A stretch of DNA of 63,067 nt, the filler included, from Reticulomyxa filosa (Eukaryota > Protista > Foraminifera): NCBI GenBank assembly GCA_000512085.1. It is 20 parts of 20 records of this genome, joined end to end, with 100 filler letters (N's around TTAATTAATTAA, not from the genome) between each part and the next. Parts side by side here need not be neighbours in the genome. Positions count along the whole stretch, not along the records: positions 23,489 to 27,864 come from ASPP01017412.1; positions 27,965 to 29,631 come from ASPP01002241.1; positions 29,732 to 33,536 come from ASPP01006509.1; positions 33,637 to 40,303 come from ASPP01006546.1; 16 more parts are not named here. The stretch is one strand, 5' to 3'. Both the position numbers and the translations under genes were made by a program. The notes below the pieces were generated by a model that was not told where the DNA came from, made no database searches, and was given only the letters and a program-made list of their open reading frames with translations. Of the stretch, positions 23,521 to 35,589 are shown piece after piece. Each line of letters starts with the position of its first letter. Positions within the stretch are counted from its first letter, which is position 1.

Positions 23521-26500
23521 GAAAGAAGCCACAGCGACCAACTTGCCTGCTGGAGATACGTTTTTGTTATTAAAATATTTGAAACAAAAGAATTCGAAAT
23601 CCGAAAACGAACAAAAAACGATTTCGGAAAGCACGTATCAACACGTGCGAAAAATATTCAAGGAAGCGAAAGAAACTCGTTCTCTGAGATGGCCCGATTA
23701 TCGACCCGAGTTGTTTGTGTATTTCGTCGGGGCTTTGTTCAATGATTTTTACGCGGTTGGCAGCACAAACTGTTACAATATAGTCTCCAGCTTTGTATCA
23801 AGAGCAGTGTCGATGATGCATGACCATTTGCCGCAGCACTACAGCCAGCGTGCGCAAGAGCGGGTCAAATACCTGTTGAATCAGTTGGTCGTGAGTGATT
23901 CAGATTACAAATTTTTCAAGAATCAACCGAGTTCAACTGCTCGACCAAACACCAAGACAGCTATTCGAATTCAAAAGCAGCATATGGAAATACTTCGACT
24001 GGGCTGGCACTTGGTAGGTGTCGTCTTGTCTCTCCCCGTTTCTCCATTGAGCATTTTGTTTCACAATCCGAATCAATATCGAAACGCATATCTTTTGGGA
24101 ATGCCCGAGGATCAAAGTACAGTGTTGCTGAAGGCCATGAGTGGTCGTGTGGCCTGGTCGTGTCGGAACAACCATTTATATTTCGTTCCCAACGGTGTTA
24201 CGCAAAAGTGTCCCACGTGCGGACCGAACACGGAAGGCAAATCCAAGTGGCGGTTGTTCTCGTCCGCCGAGAGCAAAAGAGTCGGTGTCGTTGATGAAGA
24301 CGGACATATTATTCCGGAAGATTTGGAAGCAGCGGACAAGATCCCCAAGATGGCCCCGCAAGGATACGTCATCACCGAAGGGGTAGATGATATTTGCCGA
24401 ATGTTTGACGAAGTCTCCGTTCGAGTAGCAAGATTATTTGTCAACTTGATTTTGCTTATTCATCATTCGTGTTACAAGACGAGCGATGTCAAACAGTTTT
24501 TGCAAAAAAACAATTTTTTTTTTTTTTTTTCGGACTTGAAAACGTTGATTATTATTATTATTATTAAAAAAAAAAAAAAAAGATTTACGAAATTGAAAGG
24601 AGAAAATGCTGTAGTGATGAAAAAATTGCTACAAATGACCGAGTCATACATAAACAAAATTGCAGCTGCAGTTGGGCACTTGTCAATCGAAAGTTGCGTG
24701 TTGCTGCTGCACCGCATTGTGCATGAGTACTACTTGACTTATGAAGAGGTGTATTTGGGTGGATTGGACGATCTGTCAATAGTCGGACGCGAAGACTTTG
24801 AAAATTATTTGATTCAGAGCTGCATCGGTCCAGTATTGGGTAATCACGAAAATGTCATCCGCGAAACTCGCAATTGGACCTTGCTGGACCCGGTGTGCTC
24901 GTATTGGTCCAAGCGCGTGGAAGAAGACATCAATATGAATAGCGAAGAAGGGAAGATATTTGTAGAGAAATATCGTCCGGACTTGTTTTTACCTTATCGC
25001 ATTGTTACATTATCCGAGTTCCGAACCTTTGTGTTACAGAACAATGAAAACATTACCAGGTTCCCTGTCATTTTGGGACTATTGACAACCATGGCCACGT
25101 CTAGCGGCTATTCGATATTTGCATTGCAGTATTTGCCGGAAATGATTAATTGGATCAAGTTGATCCACTCTCGATTCAATCGCCGATTGTCAAAGGAGGA
25201 CGCGGAGTCGAGACAACAGGAGTTCACTGCGCAGTATGCGTTGACCAAATGTGCCGAGGAAAAATGGGGCGAAGTCAAGCAATGGGAAAAGGCGTTGCAA
25301 GGCTTTGTGCAAGGATGGAACCACGTTGTGAGCAGATTGACCACTGACAAGTCCAAAAAAGGGGCAGTGATTCAAGAAGGCTCAGGCGAAAATCATAATG
25401 CGAACAGTGATCAAAAGAGCGATGGATTGTTGATCATTCCGGACATGGACTCACCTTCATCTCCTCCAGTGACGACTTTATTGCCTTTGAGGAAAACGAC
25501 AGAGCGACGAAAATTCTCGCGATGGAATCCTGTCGGACTTCTTCGATCGATAATGACGACAAAGGATGTGAAGGAGACATTGGGAGACGTGTCGGACGAT
25601 GAGCAAGTCAATACGACCGAGCAAGGCACAACCAAAAGCGGAGAGGAAGGAGAAATGGTAGGCTGGATGAAACGCTATTTAGTGATCATCGATCAAATCA
25701 ATCCCTCCGAAAACGTCCCATTCGAATGCATCAAAGGGTCCGACCCCAATGGCAAGATTACCCCTAAGGACGTACCCTTGTTGTGGGCATTAGAGTGCGG
25801 TGTGGATGGACCTTTGGCAACCAGTAAAATGCTGCGCTTACTGTTGGACCATTTGGTCACTGTCAACAACTCGCTGCTTGCCAATTGCCATCAACAAGCT
25901 TTGACTGTCGGATCGTCCGACAATGACCCAAAATCTGCCATTGGCGAAATTACATTGACCAAAATTTCCAATGAAAGAGATGTCGTCGGGATTGACGAAC
26001 AAAACTTTTTGCAAATGGTTCAACATTGCACTGCCCAAAAATTGCGATATGGCGAAAATGTCCCGCTAGACATTAACCTTCAGTTGTTGGAAACACAACT
26101 CAAAGAGACATTTATTATCGGCCGAAAGTTTTTGAAATTCGATTTGCGCGATGTGTTTTTCGAGCTGTCAGGGGAATACGACATGGACGAACTTTTCGAT
26201 TCCATCGAACAAAATTTCCGAGGCAATGCTCTCCAAGGGGGGGGCTATTTTGTCGATGCTGAAGAGACTGTATTGTGTCGCTTAAAAGAAAGGATTACAC
26301 AAGACACGAACATTTCTTATGAGGACTTCCAACAACATTCTGCTATGGAAGCGACTCCGGTACCCAACGTGGACAAAGCAAAAGCTTTCAAAACGGCGAA
26401 ACAAGCTATCGAACAAGTGCTAATATCGCTTCAAAGACAAAAGGTAACCCATGGACCCAATGTACTCATTGGTACTTATATGAGTCAAGATCTGCATTTA

Positions 26501-27045
26501 CCCAAGGCAGATTATGTTCCATTCATCAAGACCGAAGAGTTACTGTTAAAACACAGCAAAAATGTTTGGGAGTACTTGAATCGAATACATTTGGCCGAAG
26601 AAAACCAATGGCATATGATGCCACTCAAACTCTTGGAATTATACAAGTTAATTCAATCCCTTTGTTTTATTAAACTATTTCCTTTTACAATTGTAACACG
26701 AATGTAAACTACTTTTGTTGTTTTTTTTTTCCTTCCTATTTCATAAGGGTTCCGTTATCAGAAGAACTTAAAACTGCGATTAGACAATTAACCACCGGAT
26801 TCAACACGGACAGTATGTGGAAATTGCTATTCCAATGGAAGAGACTTTTAGAAAAACTTTTAAGCGAACAAGAGCTTAAAGAGCCATCAAAAATTGCTTT
26901 GTCAACCTTTTTAAAAGGTGCTATTTCTGACCCAAAGGTGGAAAAGTTGATAGAAGGTTTTCCAAAAGACTTATCATTGTGTAACGCTGGCCCAGCTTTT
27001 GAGGAATTCGCAACAGTGTTTTGCGAGAAAACACGAATAGAATAG
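23489..27045 (+). CDS. RNF213 (mysterin)-like giant protein, C-terminal ~1100 aa
   Basis: YLLGMPED followed by RZ-finger-like WSCRNNHLYFV..KCPTCG; FALQYLPEMINWIKLIHSRF; FVQGWN; CTAQKLRYGE..DINLQLLETQLKETFIIGRKFL. These are collinear with RNF213 C-terminal motifs. Introns at 24496-24582 (87 nt, in frame) and ~26648-26748. Confidence 0.75.
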
Positions 27046-27305
27046 GTTGTTTCAAAACTTGTTCAGTTTTTGTGATGTTTACCATTGTTATTATTACAAA
27101 ATTAAAAAATTTAATTGAACTGTCCAGATATCGCGCATTCTCAAAATAGAGTTCTTAACTTGTTTTGCAGTTCAGAATAAGCCTTGGGTGAATCCTTGTT
27201 TTTTTTGTTTATATATATATATATATTGGCTTTGCATCATAATCGAATAAGTAAAAAATAAGAAAAAAAAATACTGGTTTTACAATAATCGACTAAAGAA
27301 GAAAA

Positions 27306-27864
27306 ATGGCAACGGAAGTGAATTTGAGAGGCTTCACGAGCCAATTAATTCAAACAGAAGAGGAATTGGGCGTGTGTGAAAAGAAAGTGGAGCCTTACAA
27401 CACATTTACCTACACGGAAAGTCATAATCAATATATGCAAAGCATAACGGAAAGAGAGAAGAGTAAGAAAGAGGAGTCTAAAATCCTGCAGAGCAAGATG
27501 GTGAAAGAGAACGAGGACGCGTCGCAGCAGGCATCGAGCAAGCGACGAGACACGATGTGGATGATGAATGGCGGAGCAGGGTCGTCTCGCATGTTATTTC
27601 AATCATCGGACAATTCGCTAAGCGAGCGAGGTTTAAGTTTCATCCAAGACCGTCCACTGGAGTTGAATAAGAGAGTGAGTTTGGATATTGAGAATAAATG
27701 GAAGAAAGAGGTGCGCGATCAGCGCTGGCTATTGCAAGAGTCGTCATTGAAGAAAAAGATTCCAAAACTGAAAGGCGCCCGAAACCAGCAAGAAAAAGAA
27801 GGAAAAGAAGGAGAAGGAGGAAGAGGAGGAGGAGGAGGAGGAATTGGAATTGGAATTGGAATTG
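27306..27864 (+). CDS. Hypothetical protein, N-terminal fragment
   Basis: ATG-initiated open frame (MATEVNLRGFTSQLIQ..) with coding composition, truncated by the contig end. Confidence 0.65.
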
Positions 27865-28059
27865 NNNNNNNNNNNNNNNNNNNNNNNNNNNNNNNNNNNN
27901 NNNNNNNNTTAATTAATTAANNNNNNNNNNNNNNNNNNNNNNNNNNNNNNNNNNNNNNNNNNNNTACAAACATTACATTGCATTACATTATATAATTATA
28001 TTTTGTTTATATGATATTTGTATTTATTCTATTTTATTTCTATTTTAATTTTGTCTTCT

Positions 28060-28060
<1 letters not shown>

Positions 28061-28124
<64 letters not shown>
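28061..28124 (+). repeat. (TAA)n microsatellite, probably intronic
   Basis: About 21 perfect TAA units. Confidence 0.95.
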
Positions 28125-29518
28125 CAATTACACAAAACTTCAAAGTACTCCGGGAAATCAGCACGGAACATCTCCAATTTGCATCCCTCTCGTAATAGCT
28201 TTCTCGCCAAAGCGCCAGTGTTAAACTCGCGCCCGGCAAATACGCCGACCATGTACGTGCGCTCCAAGTGCATGGATCGAATGTCGAATTTTTCATCGCT
28301 GACCCAAATCTTCAATAGCATGTAATGATTCACCACAAAGTCCAAGCCTTTTTCGTCGTGCCATGTAATGTTGAACTGCTCCAGCAATGGCTTGTACTTA
28401 CGATACATGTCTTTGTTGCGCGTTTTTTGCAAAGGCTCCAATCGCACCAATTCAGGATACCATCGATGGTATTTCGCTGTTAAGCGTTCTCCACAACTCA
28501 TACACACAGATCCTTGCTTTTGATTTCCTCGACGCAGGTTCTTGCACCACGTGCAATATCCCAATTTCGCCGTACTGCATTGTGCGTAAAATGGGGTATT
28601 GCTTTTGTGGCATACGATTGGCCGAACACAAGACCACACCTGACGAAAGTCTGTTCGTTATTTTATTATATGTATATTATATATATATGTATACATGTAT
28701 ATGTATATGCATGAATATATCATGTCATTATATTGAAACAACAAAGAACAAGGAGATAGAAGAAACAAACGAAGTAGTGCAGTGTCAAACTTTTGGTAGT
28801 AGGTTCGCCAGACTGTATGTCTCGAAGTCTGTCCGGTTGTAGTTCTAATTGTGCCAGCACGTCTTTTACTTCCTTTTCTGTCAAATGAGGAAATTTTGAT
28901 TTTGAGGATTTGTTGTTTTCCTTACTGGTGTGCATGTCCATGTCTTCACTCATATCTTGTGTCCGATTGTACCCATGACTCATCTTTGTTTCAAATCAAA
29001 ACAAGGAAGCGTGTCAATATATTATCATAAGTGTGAATTGGATGACACAAAGATGAAAAGGGAAAAAGGAAAGGAGAGAGAGGGGGGGGAGGAAAAAAAA
29101 AACAAAACATGTGGAAATTCGATGATGTCACCATATTTGTCAACGGTGATGTTCATTTGGTCGTCATTTCGTCGCAAGGCATTGCGTGAAGTGGGCACAC
29201 CGCCGTAATCGCTTTGTGGCGTCATAGTAATGTTACTACCCGGTCCAGGTGTCAAATACAAATTGTCCAAAGGTGTACTGACGATATTGGTGTTCGCGTT
29301 AATGCGAGGTTTGTTACTTCCGTTATGTATTGCAGACCCTTCACTCTTGATTTTATCATCTTCCAATACGTCGCCAGTGCCCATGACAGGGGGAGGAGCA
29401 CTACCGCTGATTGCATTTATTTCATCCCCACGCGAGTACTCGTCGTTCAATTCATTGTCAAACCCTTGATTATTGCGTATCATTTTGTTTCGTGGTTTCC
29501 GACGATGAGAATTGGTCC
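28124..29518 (-). CDS. Hypothetical multi-exon protein with a CxxC..CxxC zinc-ribbon, partial
   Basis: Exons ~29518-29117, 28983-~28758 and 28640-~28133, separated by AT-rich introns. Contains YCTWCKNLRRGNQKQGSVCMSCGE. Confidence 0.65.
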
Positions 29519-29594
29519 TTTTTTATTTTCCACATAAACGCAACACATAGCATTTTATTTTATTTTTGAAAAAACAATGTTTAGTCAAAAGTGC

Positions 29595-29631
<37 letters not shown>

Positions 29632-29857
29632 NNNNNNNNNNNNNNNNNNNNNNNNNNNNNNNNNNNNNNNNNNNNTTAATTAATTAANNNNNNNNNNNNN
29701 NNNNNNNNNNNNNNNNNNNNNNNNNNNNNNNCTTTTAAGGTATGCTTTTTTTTTTTTTTTTTTTTGTATTTTGTTTGTCTTTGTGCTCATACATTGGTGG
29801 CAAATCTTGTTCTTGTTTGTGTTCACACGTGTCCTTTAAAAAAAATAAAAATGAAAG

Positions 29858-32800
29858 CATGGATGGGAGTTTCATGAAGCCATTGACGCATTGCCAGAAC
29901 GTATTAACAAAGACCCAACCACATTTTGTGCGATTTACTCTATGTCACTGGTGGATGATAATTTCAATAGCGGCACATGGCTGTCTGCAGTGGAGATGAG
30001 CCGCTTTTTGTACGCCAGGAACTTATTGGAAAGTATTTATGCCACTATCACTTTGACTTATGATGCCAACACCAAGACAAAAATATCCGTGGACATTGAC
30101 AATGGGTTTTCGCAATGCACTGAGAAAATTGAATATAGGGATTCCACGAAAGAAACCAACACTTCGTCAGGTCGTCGCAGCAGGAAAGGCAGACAAAAAC
30201 CGGAAATATTGCCAGAAGTGTCCAAAAAAGAAGATGATGATAATCCTAATGAGGCACGATATAGACTGTTGATGGTAATAATTTTTTTTTTTTTTTTTTA
30301 AAAAAAAAAATTTGAAAGCACTTTTTACATGTGTATACGTAAATTTATACAATTACATGGTCTGATGAAATAAAAATAAAATAAAAAAACTCAAGGGACA
30401 ACCACGAACATTTGGTGAAACATTTCCAGTTGTCATTGGATTGAAAGGATTTGCGTATTTGCATAAACATAACAAGAAGAAAGAGGAAGAAAAAAAATCA
30501 AGTGAAGCGGACAATGGAGAAGAAACGACAGTGGAAGGAAAATCTTCTACTCCTTGTGAGGCTTCTGGCGAACATGATAATGCCAACGAAGACGAGGAAA
30601 AGAAAGAGGAGAAGGAAGCAGAAAAAGGAGAAGAAGAAGCACCTAATGGGTCTCCAGGACATTATGCTTCGCAATTACAAAAATGCATTCGACGAGGAGA
30701 TGGCTGCCAGTTGTCGTTATTGGAAGCTATTGATGGCATGTTACGAGCACGTGTGCAGCACCGAGCAGAGTTGCAATTTGCGCCTTGCAGTGGAGTGCGA
30801 CAATTATGTTGGAGACTGTTCATCTCCGCAATTGAAGATGTGCATCCTTACTGTGCGTCCAAGAATCACACGTACTGGAGTATGAATGTGCTAATGGCAT
30901 TGGCGTTGTGTGCACAAGTGGATCCAAGTTTTACATTGCCAAGAGAGATTCGTGTAATTGCAAAACAAACGGCATTATGCATTCAGTCTTCAAAGAATGC
31001 ATTTGATTGGAGAAAATTCAAACCCAAAGAAAAAGCAACCAAGAAATCGCAAATAACATTACCCGACAAAGACATTTTAAAATTGGAATTGAATTACAAG
31101 TTATTTGCAGATGTTGTAGATAGGCAATGTGCTTTGGATCGTGATTTGATGCGAGTAATGTTGAATGTGATGCCTTGTATGCGATCAGATTTAAAATTGC
31201 TTTTGATCATTTTGAACAAATGTAAATGGTATGTCAAATCGGAGCGCGCACATTATACTTTGCCTCAAATTACGCACTTGAATAATATCCCCATTGACAA
31301 TTTGCGATGGCAACCGCCGCCATTGTTGGAAGACGAAGCACACAACCGTTATGACAAGACGGCTGAAGGCAATGAAGATGTCGTGGGTTCCAGATTTTTG
31401 AAGTGTGTATACGAACATTTCTCACAAGCGCCAGGCAATTTTGAAAACATGGAAATAGATCCATTGTCATTGCCATTGTCATTGCCATTGCCATTACCAC
31501 AACCCAACCTTTGCAAAACAATCAAATTCGAATTCACTCCGCAAGACATGGAAGCTAGACAAGCTGCTATTGATATGCATTGCTATCAACATATCATTTT
31601 GTACGTTCAAGCCAATCTATTGTTTCCACCGATTGAAGACGAGGCTACGTATAATGTGGCCTCCCGAATGTGGGATTGGGTATCTTCGTACAATGTTCGA
31701 GAAGAGCATATGAAATGGAGACCCCCTCTTCCCAATGTCATTCACGAAAATCCGAGAGGATATGGACTATTTCAAACCATTAAAAATGTCCAAAAAACAA
31801 TGATGAATGAAAAAAACCCATTGTTTGCAATGTGTGAGTTTCCAGACTTGCCCCCATTGGACCACTGTTTGGATATCAATGACCGATATTCCCCAATGGT
31901 GCCTTCGCAAACTACATATCGTCAAGCCTTCATTTCCATATTTGGACGAAGACATTTACTCTCGCGTGGCAAATCAAATGAAAGAGCAATTACAGTGACA
32001 GTGGCGGGAACAGTGGCAGCTCCTTGCATGATTCAATATGGAAGAAACCCGAGGATATCCAATGCCGCTGCAGAAGGAGATGGAAGCAATCCTTATCAGT
32101 ATCTGAGCGGAAGAGAACGGGAACAAGGAGAAGAGCGTTATGTAGACTCATTGCATGAGGACAAAAATGTGCGCTTGCCATTGCCATTACCGCCGGTGGC
32201 TTGCAGTGGATATGGAATGATAGCCACAAACGATCCACGGTGAAAGTGTCGGCCAGATATATCAAAGAGTCGCATCGTCCAAGCGCCAAATATTCCCCCA
32301 AGTCATTGAAAAGCAGAAAGGAACGGGAATCCAATAGCAGCAAGTCTTTGCAGCAAATCTTTGATGACGTGGTTGTCACTAGTGACGAAGAAGGGGATAA
32401 ACAAGAAGATGAACAAATGATGGAGGAACTGTACAATCCAAATGAAATCAATGCTGATGGCACTGGACGTGAGATAATATCAGACAATTCAGATTCAGAT
32501 GATGACAAAAAAAAAGAAAAGAATGGAGAAAGAGAAGGAGAAGAAGAAGAAGAAGAAGAGATAAAGAATAAAGAATCCAAAAAATTGGACGCGAAAAAAT
32601 CAAGAATTGTATTTAAAGTGGAAGATATTGAAATTGAACCCTTTGATGGCAAGGCGTTGCTGCAATTGCCAAAGTCCATTCCATTGTCCATTTTAAGTGG
32701 TTGGCTTCGAGCACTCATTTGTAAATGCTTTTATATTTCCTTATATGAAAAGTCGGAAACGGAACTGATGGAATGCTATGACTTGCATCCTCTGGATGTC

Positions 32801-33443
32801 ACCTCAGTACGGCACTTGATCCAACATTTTGGCACCATTTTGCCTGTTTTGGAAATCACGTCTTGGTTGAGACGACAACAAATTAAAGATTCAAAGAAGG
32901 ATGTCCATGATGTCCCTGTTTTCAAAGATTGGTGTGAACTGACGATGCGTCACTCCATTGTACCAAACAATTTTTGGAGAGATGTGCTGACTAAAATTGC
33001 TACACAAGAATCTGGTTAATTTTTATTTATGCAATTATTGTGTTTGTTTTTTTGTGTGCATGAGAAAAGACAAACAGTACATTTTTTTTTTGTTTTTTTT
33101 TTTGCAGGTAATGTCGATGTGGCTGCCGTAAACAGGGAAGGAAAACGTCAATTGGTTGCAATTCGCTATGTGACAGAGGGAAGCTGTTTACGTTTGTTGT
33201 ACGGACTATCGATTTTATATCCCACCGTATTGCGAAACACGGGTCGACTTCGATTCAAAGTCAACTTTCAATCGACACAATACTCGCACATGATGGAACA
33301 ATTGAAAGTGCTGGCATTCACTGAACATCAAAGAAAAAATTGGATTGTAAATAATCCTAATCCCAGTCACATTGACGTGAGAGATATGAATGTTGATGAA
33401 ATTGGAATGCTGTTTGTCAAAGAAGAGCTCAGCATGAACCAAG
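29858..33443 (+). CDS. Large hypothetical protein, internal fragment (one frameshift)
   Basis: ORFs 29891-30274, 30396-32200, 32201-33014 and 33108-33443 are joined by introns 30275-30395 and ~33015-33107, plus a frame change near 32195. Motifs ASQLQKCIRRG, LCWRLFISAIED, EGSCLRLLYGLSILYP. Confidence 0.7.
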
Positions 33444-33501
33444 GTTTTTCCCCTCCCCTTTCTTTTCTTTTAATGTTTTATCTTGTATTCAATGCAAAAA
33501 A

Positions 33502-33533
<32 letters not shown>

Positions 33534-33636
33534 AAANNNNNNNNNNNNNNNNNNNNNNNNNNNNNNNNNNNNNNNNNNNNTTAATTAATTAANNNNNNNN
33601 NNNNNNNNNNNNNNNNNNNNNNNNNNNNNNNNNNNN

Positions 33637-33674
<38 letters not shown>

Positions 33675-33725
33675 AAACTGTCATTCTCTTTTTCTTTTTT
33701 TTTAAAAAAAAAAAAAAAAGTAAAC

Positions 33726-34006
33726 CTGTTTTGTAAGCGGACAAATCCAGGCCCATTCTCAAATACTAATGTTGGCCCGGGTACGGTGCACTTGTGCTCA
33801 CCGTTCAGATCATAGCAGTAACAACGGGTCTGTAAGGTCGCCAGACCGTTTGATATGTTCCAAATACATTTTTCCACACTTAGTACGATATATGTTCCGT
33901 TCAGTTTCAATTCGTCGGGTTGGGCTAACTCATCACCGACAGCAGTAACAGCACTAACTGATACTAAGGTAAGTGCAAGTGCAACTGCAATACTCCACCA
34001 CAACAT
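33726..34006 (-). CDS. Multicopper oxidase paralog B, first exon (signal peptide)
   Basis: MLWWSIAVALALTLVSVSA..LQTRCYCY..KCTVPGPTLVFENGPGFVRLQN is clearly paralogous to exon 1 of the gene at 38193, with the same phase-2 intron after RLQN. Confidence 0.85.
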
Positions 34007-35589
34007 TTTAGTTTTGAGTTTGGTTTTAACAAATAACAAACAATTTCAAACAAACTTTAAGAAAAGTTGACAAAAAAACGAGAACTGAAAACCAAAAAAA
34101 AGGAGTTTTTTTACGTACTCTGATAAAAACCTAAGAGGTTCACTGTAAAAAAAAAGAAAAATTGCCGAAAACCTCAATTTTGTATTTTTGTCAAAAAGGA
34201 AATATTTGACAACACTTTTTCATTTTACAAAATTGAAGTTTTTCATTCACAAAGAAAAATATTTCATTTGTTGAAATGAGATTTCTAAACGAGTTTTGAA
34301 TGATACTTATTTGGAAAATAGTGTCATTTACTTTAAAATATTCGAAAGTTATTTATCCTTTTCTTTTCCAAATTTACTATCTTTCTGAATATGAATGATG
34401 TCCCCGCAAAGTGGTGATCGATTTTCAATGTTAATTTGAAACTTGAAGTCTTATGTTGCGATTCTAAAATAGTGTCATTTGAGTTTTTAAATTTGGATTG
34501 AGACTATTGCATAGCAATCAAAATTGTGTCTTTGTTATCATTTTGGTTATTCTTTATTCAATTTACTTTCGTTTTTGTAAAAAAATCATTCAATGAGTAA
34601 ATTTCGTATTACACTTAGTACCGAACCTGCACTTTACTCGAAAAAAAATATTAACTTCAAAGTTTCTTTTTCAAGCTTAAGTACTTTTCTCTTGTCCCAG
34701 AGCACAAACTAATTGTTTCAATCTAGAGTGACAATACAAAACCAATGTGGTAATTTTTTCCTTTTTCAAATATTTACAACCCATCACAAGAAAAGTAAAA
34801 AGCAAAGTATATTCTTTGGGAGAAAAAGGGTTTCACATTCCGGGTGGAACTTCTCTTGGCTAGTACACTCCTACAAAAGTAAAATTCAAAAAATTTACTC
34901 TCTAAAAAAGCTCTTAATTTTTTACATCAATTATTTTTTTTATGTTATTCTGAGCACAACTATTATGCTTATGAGAATTTGAAAAAATTAGTAAATTTAT
35001 ACCTAAGAAATTTTGATAAATTAAAATTTTCATTTTATGTAAGTGAAGCGTCTTTCTTCGTGTTTAAAAAATGTGATAAAAACAAAGCAATGAAATAAAC
35101 TTGTCCTGTAGTTGATTTGTTTCAAATGCAATTGTGTTGTGGTTGATAAGTATGACACAAAGGTTATAAGTAAAGACTATTTATTTCATGTATTATGATG
35201 CTGAAAAAACAAGGGCCTCTAAATTTGTGACAGAAATACTTTTTTTTTTTTTGAGAAAAATCAAATGGAGCAAAAAAGAATTCAACGTTTGTGTACGTAG
35301 ACACGTTGTCATCAAGTATAGCAAAGGAATAAACAAAACGACCCAATCTTCGCGAATACAACAAAAAACAAATCCCAAAAAAATACCCTCAAACGGCAAA
35401 AATTGTCTTCAGCAGAAGCCAAAATAAAAAGCATCTGCGTACACACCCCAAAAATTGAGGTGATAGTAGTATGTAAAACACCAATTGTTGGTTTTGTACA
35501 AAATAAGAAAAAAATGCAATATGTATGTACTTTAAAAAAAAAGCACAAAATTTCTTTAATTTTCTTTTTTTTTTTTAGCGGTTTTTATT

